This document shows, one piece after another, positions 58,233 through 64,000 of a DNA stretch of 64,000 nt (positions are counted from its first letter, which is position 1; each line of letters opens with the position of its first letter). The position numbers and the translations under genes are program-made. Source of the DNA: the human T2T-CHM13v2.0 reference genome, Homo sapiens; the NCBI RefSeq assembly GCF_009914755.1, contig NC_060926.1; one strand, written 5' to 3'. The notes under the pieces are model-generated. The model had not been told where the DNA came from. It was given only the letters and a program-made list of their open reading frames with translations, and did not search any database.

Positions 58233-59609
58233 TTGACCAAAATATAAAATAAGTATCCAAGAGTTTATACTGATATAAATGCATGATTGACTATGCAAAT
58301 AAACGGAGGAAGATAAACAAATTTCCTATACAGAAGAATTTCAAATAATTTATGTAAACACTGCGCCCATCAGGTTTCAGAGTATAAATTCTAACTCTTT
58401 AAGTATAATCTGAACACAGGGAATTCTTTTCTATGAGTATAATATGGAAGGGAGGGGAAGAAATTGAGACTGTGTGAGAAGCTTTCTAAACACCACTTCC
58501 ACCAGGCCATGTTAAAGGTTTATGCCTCTCCAATTGTAGTACAAATCACCTTCATTTCTAAACCTGCTATTCAATCTTGATGTTTATGGCAGGTTTTCCT
58601 TTGGCAAAAATGCATGGGTCTCTTCCAGTTGTTGTCTTCCCTTTACCCCCCGGGACTACTCCACACTACTTCAGCTTGATGTTTCAAATATATACTTGAT
58701 TGCACTAATCTTGTAAATATTTCCCAAAGCTCCTTCCATCATTCCATGTAGATTAAACATATTGCTGATACTAATTACTACTATAACTCTTACTGTATGT
58801 CTGTGTGTATATGTGTGTGTGTGGTCATTTTAAAAGAAATTTTAAAGAGGTATATGTAGGATATGGCAAAATATTTTTATCATAGATTCATCTCAGATTA
58901 CAGGACTATTTTCAAAATAAATCAATGGAGGGAAAATAAAATGTAATTTTGAAAATAATACGTCATTCTAATATTTTAATAAAGTAAATATTTTAATAAT
59001 AGCTTTTTGTGTCTTTTTAATTCTTTTTTAAAAGCAGAAAATATTTCAGTACACATAAATATGATTAGTGTACCTGAGGAGTAGATGTTTTATGTTAGAT
59101 TTAATTGTTGACTATTTTTATGTATCAAGTCTTTCATTAAAGCTACTATGTTGATGAAGTTTCTGTTCTGTCGGAAATATGCTTTCAAACACAACACTAT
59201 AAAATATGCCAACAGAGTTTTACTTTAAAGAAATTGTCAAGAAGATTTAACACAAGATCCACCCTCTTGACAAATTTTTAAAATGCATAATACAGTGCTT
59301 TTAATTATAGACACGATGATATACAGCAGATTTTTAGTACTTATTTATCTTCCATCAATGAAACATTATATCCACTGGATGAAAACTTTCCCTCCTGACC
59401 TCTGGTAAGCACCATTCCATTCTCTGCTTCTATGAGTTTGATTATTTTAAATACTTCACATGAGCAAAATGATGCAGTATTTGTGCTGCAATACCTGGCA
59501 TTTTTCACTTAGCATAATTTCTTCAAGTTTTATCCATGTCGTTTTACATTGCCTGCTACAGGCTGAAAGTTTATGTCCCCCTAAAATTCATATATTGAAA
59601 ATCTTCTTC

Positions 59610-60247
59610 AATAGGAACACTTTTACACTGTTGGTGGGACTGTAAACTAGTTCAACCATTGTGGAAGTCAGTGTGGCGATTCCTCAGGGATCTAGAACTA
59701 GAAATACCATTTGACCCAGCCATACCATTACTGGGTATATACCCAAAGGACTATAAATCATGCTGCTATAAAGACACATGCACACGTATGTTTATTGCGG
59801 CACTATTCACAATAGCAAAGACTTGGAACCAACCCAAATGTCCAACAATGATAGACTGGATTAAGAAAATGTGGCACATATACACCATGGAATACTATGC
59901 AGCCATAAAAAATGATGAGTTCATGCCCTTTGTAGGGACATGGATGAAATTGGAAATCATCATTCTCAGTAAACTATCGTAAGAACAAAAAACCAAACAC
60001 CGCATATTCTCACTCATAAGTGGGAATTGAACAATGAGAACACATGGACACAGGAAGGGGAACATCACACCCTGGGGACTGTTGTGGGGTAGGGGGAGGG
60101 GGGAGGGATAGCATTGGGAGATATACCTAATGCTAAATGACGAGTTAGTGGGTGCAGCGCACCAGCATGTCACATGTATACATATGTAACTAACCTGCAC
60201 GTTGTGCACATGTACCCTAAAACTTAAAGTATAATAATAAAAAAAAA
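59610..60247 (+). mobile_element. 5'-truncated young LINE-1 (L1PA2/L1PA3-type)
   Basis: Near-intact ORF2 C-terminus (ORF 59659-59982); 3' UTR 'attgggagatatacctaatgctaaatgacgagttagtgggtgcagcgcacc' (GAG, not the L1HS-Ta ACA). Confidence 0.93.
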
Positions 60248-60576
60248 CCATAGATTGCAAAAAAAAGAAAGAAAAAACTGTACGTAAAAAAAAAAAAAAA
60301 AAAGAAAGCATATATCTATCTATAGAACTATTGTAACACAAAGAATGTTTTAATGCTTACATGGTTAATTAGCAAATCTGGGGAAAGATACGGTGTTTCC
60401 CCATTTATTTCTCAGAAAAGCCTTAAGAAAGACAATAGACAAATAACCTCCATGCAAAAAAACCATTTTTATAATATGTCAAAGCACATTAATATCCTCT
60501 ATAGCATTTTAGCACCAAAAGTAACAAGTGGAATTTCTTAAATAAAATTAAAGTCTGTCTTATACAAAAAAAAAAA
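60248..60576 (+). other. Probable L1 3'-transduced segment with its own poly(A) signal and tail
   Basis: Non-LTR, non-L1 sequence between the L1 tail and the resumed LTR; AATAAA 60541-60546; A11 60566-60576. Confidence 0.75.
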
Positions 60577-61069
60577 GGTGGAATCCTCAAGAATGGAATT
60601 AATGTTCTTATTTTAAAAACTCCAGAGCACTCCCTTGTTTCTTCTGCTATGTGAGAACTCAGTGAGAAGATGGTCATGTGTGAACCAGGAAGTGACAGTG
60701 AATCTGCTGGCACCTTGATCTTGAATTTCTCTGCCTCCAGAACTATGTTAAATGAATTCCTGTCGTTTATAAGGCACCTAGTCTGTGGTACTTTTGTTAT
60801 AGCAGCACAAATGGACTAAGACATGGTATAATTTTCTTCTTTTTTAAGTGTGAATAATATTCTATTTTATGTCTATACCAGATTTTATCCATTTGTAGAT
60901 AATGAACAAATGAAAACCCAATGGATTTTGTACTGTAATACATGTATTGAATTAAATGTTGTTTTTATTAATGAAGGATTTACATTGGCTTTGTTAAATC
61001 AGAGTATATTAAAAAACACAAATAAAAGTGCTTTCATATGGATAAAAACCATGTTTATCTAATTCCTGT

Positions 61070-62185
61070 CTAGACAATGGCACCAGGCAGGCTTCTTGGA
61101 TCCTATAGTTTCTTCTTCACAGAGCACCTAAGGAAATCTTGTTACATATCATGGCTTCTGTGAAAACATATCAGCATTTTCTCATCCCATACACATACAA
61201 AAAAAGCGAAGTTCCCAATATGATCCATGGGTTCCTGAATGCTCTGGCTTCCCTCCCTTCTCTTCTATATCTCCTTTCTGTTTCCTCGAGGCTGCTGTAC
61301 TCTAGCCACAATGGTACTGTGCATATTCCTAGAATACAACCAACCAGGCTTCAGGGACGTTGCACTATCTTGTCATGGAACATAGTTGTAGCTATGTGTT
61401 TCACTTCTTCACTTCATTTATGCGTCTACACAAATGACATGTTATCAGAAAGTTCTTTCTTGCTTGCTCCTGTTATTTAAAATGGCTAACTTTTCTATTT
61501 CTGTACCATGTCTAATTTTTTCTTAATATCATTTAAATCTGATTGTAACAAATTACCACAAATGCGGCGGTTTAACACACATTTATTTTCTTATGGTTCT
61601 GGGAGTCAGAAGTCTGAAATTAAGTTCTCTGGACTACAACCAAATCAGCAAACCTGTGTTTCTTTTGGAGACTCTAAGGGAGAATCATTTCCTTACTTAG
61701 AGCTACATTGTTCCTAGAGGCTGCTGTTCCTTGCCTCATGGTTAGTTTCTCCGTTGTCAAAGCCAGTGGCATATCATCCCTCTCGGACTCTGCTTCTTTC
61801 TGCTTCTCTGTATCCTACCTTATTTACTGCCTCTTATAGGGATTCTTGTGATTATATTGGGCCTACTTAGATAATTAAAGATATGATTTCCTTATCAAAA
61901 TCTCTAATTTAATCACAGCTGAGAAGTCCCTATAACCATGTAAAGCAGCATAGTCACAGTTTCCAGGGATTAGGATAAAAATATCTTTGAGGGGGCATTA
62001 TTAAATCTACCAAAATGATATAAATAGTATATATTTATTTGTTTATTCATTATCTGTTTCTCTGAGATGTAAGCCCCACAAGAACAGATACTTTGTATGT
62101 TATGACCATTACTTTTGCTTCATCTCCCAGCAAAATATATGGCAAGTTAAGGATGCTCATAGGAAGGTAGTAAAATATTAATTGT
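61070..62185 (+). mobile_element. L2 relic interrupted by an MLT1D-like LTR
   Basis: 'ctctagccacaatgg...caggcttcagggacgttgcact'; 3' end 'gatgtaagccccacaagaacagatactttg'. Confidence 0.6.
61520..62012 (-). mobile_element. MaLR LTR (MLT1C/MLT1D-like)
   Basis: 'tgtaacaaattaccacaaa', 'gtcagaagtctgaaat', 'tgtgattatattgggcctac', 'ttccagggattagg...ggggcattatt'. Confidence 0.8.
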
Positions 62186-62699
62186 TTGTGGACACATATC
62201 CTTAAAGGTATTTCTTAATACCAATGCTTAATAAACAATTTAAGTAAATAATTGAGGATGTAAGATTGCTTGTCCTCTAATAAAACATACTCACTTACTC
62301 ACAAGATGTCACTACCCCAAAATAAAACATATGATAATGGAGATGAAATGAGAAACACTAGTATTGGCTAACATCTGACAACACACTGATGTGGATTTCT
62401 GTATGATACAACGTGCTATTTTCCCTCTCTGTTATATCCTAGTCATGTATTTCAGCTCATAAGACAACATTCTCTGATCTCAAATTATTCCCATGTCAAA
62501 GATGGCATGCCATATCAAATCTCATTAACAAATATAAATTATACCTTTTTAAGATTATTATCCAGCTGTTTGGACCTCTTTCCAACAGTGTATCAGTTTC
62601 ACAATGGAATATAATATCTCTATTTCCTCAGATTGATTTTGTTTATTTGAATGCCTCAAACCTTTCTTTGTATACTGATTTTTCTTTTTGAATTTTTTT

Positions 62700-63040
62700 T
62701 TATCATTTTTTATTATACTTTAAGTTTTAGGGTACATGTGCACAATGTGCAGGTTAGTTACATATGTATACATGTGCCATGTTGGTGTGCTGCACCCATT
62801 AACTCGTCATTTAACATTAGGTATATCTCCTAATGCTATCCCTCCCCCCTCCCCCCACCCCACAACAGGCCCCGGTGTGTGATGTTCCCCTTCCTGTGTC
62901 CGTGTGTTCTCATTGTTCAATTCCCACCTATAAGTGAGAACATGCAGCGTTTGGTTTTTTGTCCTTGCAATAGTTTGCTGAGAATGATGGTTTCCAGCTT
63001 CATCCATGTCCCTACAAAGGACATGAACTCATCATTTTTT
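62700..63040 (-). mobile_element. 5'-truncated L1PA4-like 3' end
   Basis: 'ttattatactttaagttttagggtacatgtgcac', 'cattaactcgtcatttaacattaggtatatctcc'. Confidence 0.92.
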
Positions 63041-64000
63041 TTATCATGCAAATCTGAGTACAATATTGAAAACTAATTAGGTCCTGTGGAATATGTTTTT
63101 TTCAGTTTCTATCCAAACATATCAATTCCAAATATATCAAATATAAAGAGTAAGAGAAAAATACATAATTAATTTGATTAATTTCAATTAGTTATTTTAC
63201 AAGAAAAGAGGTCAAGATGTTTAGAAGATGCAATAGGCATAAATATGTTCATGCAAACCTTTTCTTCCCAAAGAGTTGAGAGAAAAAAATAATACCTACG
63301 TGATGATATTTTACTGTTGTTGGCATAAATGGGGAATATAGATTTGTTTGTTCTATTTAATAATTAACTAGGGAGTAAATAACCACAGAAATCAATTCAA
63401 ACATAAAATAATAAGGCCTACTAGGGACTAAAGGAAACACTGGCAGATTCAGTCTAGTTTTTGTTTGTTTGTCTGTTTATGTATGTGTTTATATCTTAAG
63501 ATTCCCTATAGAGAAGTAGGGAACTCAATTAACACACTTAAAAAAACTACACAGTAGAGCAATAAGGGAAAATCCCATACAGTATTAGACTGATGGGAGA
63601 TTTTCCATCTTCTGTTGTGGGCCGTTAACTGCTTATTAAGGATATAAAAAAAACAGCTTCCTCAGCTAAACTCCTAAGTATCTGAGGACCAACAATTAAT
63701 CTTTCAAAGATGACAATATTTAAATTGTGAATTAGGCCTAATACATATTTTTTATTTTGGTTTTGCAAATCTGGCAATTCTCTTCCCACAGGGACCATAA
63801 TATCTGTTTCTGACTATTAGACTTATTTAAATATGTAAATATATTCTAATAACACAGTATGCTACTTTTCATAGTCTTCTACAATACTACTAGAAAAATC
63901 ACCATTGATTTGAATTTTGAATTAAACATTTATTCAGACTTGCTCTTATTGAATTCATTATAAAAATCGTGGTTCTCTTTCATTAATACCAATATCTATA

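Larger units (their letters stand above)
56600..58520 (+). mobile_element. L1MC/L1MD-type 3' end, interrupted by a MaLR element
   Basis: 'agcctgaagcatcttataatgccagaaagtaagg', 'gaaagagctcccaatggccaaagctagaataatttgagc'; resumes at ~58235 'aaataagtatccaagagtttatactgatataaatg'. Confidence 0.7.
59554..60823 (+). mobile_element. MaLR LTR (MLT1A0/MSTD-like) split by an L1PA insertion (59554-59605 and 60577-60823)
   Basis: Start 'tgctacaggctgaaagtttatgtcccctaaaattcatatattgaaa'; end 'tctgctggcaccttgatcttg...tttgttatagcagcacaaatggactaagaca'. Confidence 0.85.
59245..60900 (-). mobile_element. L1MA9/10-like 3' end (59245-59553, resumes 60824-60900), host of the LTR/L1PA nest
   Basis: 'ttaacacaagatccaccctcttgacaaatttt', 'ctctgcttctatgagtttga', 'tttcacttagcataat'; continuation 'tttttaagtgtgaataatattc'. 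Confidence 0.78.

Noticed and set aside
62694-63047. Candidate TSD ttttttttatcat around the L1PA4 fragment
   Set aside because: Low complexity and partly explained by L1 sequence itself; not a canonical endonuclease site.
63770-63800. Splice-acceptor-like tctcttcccacag
   Set aside because: No supporting ORF or donor site; such motifs are common by chance and need transcript data.

Overview
Primate genomic DNA, probably hominine given AluY and an L1PA2/3-type 3' end. It is AT-rich, L1-dense and intergenic or deep intronic. No intact host protein-coding gene, RNA gene or CRISPR array is supported, and the ORF track is almost entirely Alu, L1 and low-complexity translation. Most of the window is layered mobile-element fossils: about 12 Alus, a near full-length L1PB with TSDs, a near full-length inverted L1MA with a nested rearranged L1PA, several L1PA 3' ends, old L1M/L2/MIR relics, MaLR/ERVL LTRs and DNA transposons (MER2, MER30, MER5A, two MADE1). 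The one gene-derived feature, missed by the ORF track, is a full-length processed cytochrome c (CYCS) pseudogene on the minus strand (~48856-50120) with ancestral-type residues. I found no evidence for a new biological system. The most interesting signals are mechanistic scars: an L1PA2-like insertion with apparent serial 3' transduction and target deletion, a displaced duplicate of an L1 deletion breakpoint, a probable short L1PB 3' transduction, and several templated-insertion or fold-back junctions. Subfamily names are from recalled consensus features and need RepeatMasker/Dfam confirmation; boundaries of old elements are approximate.
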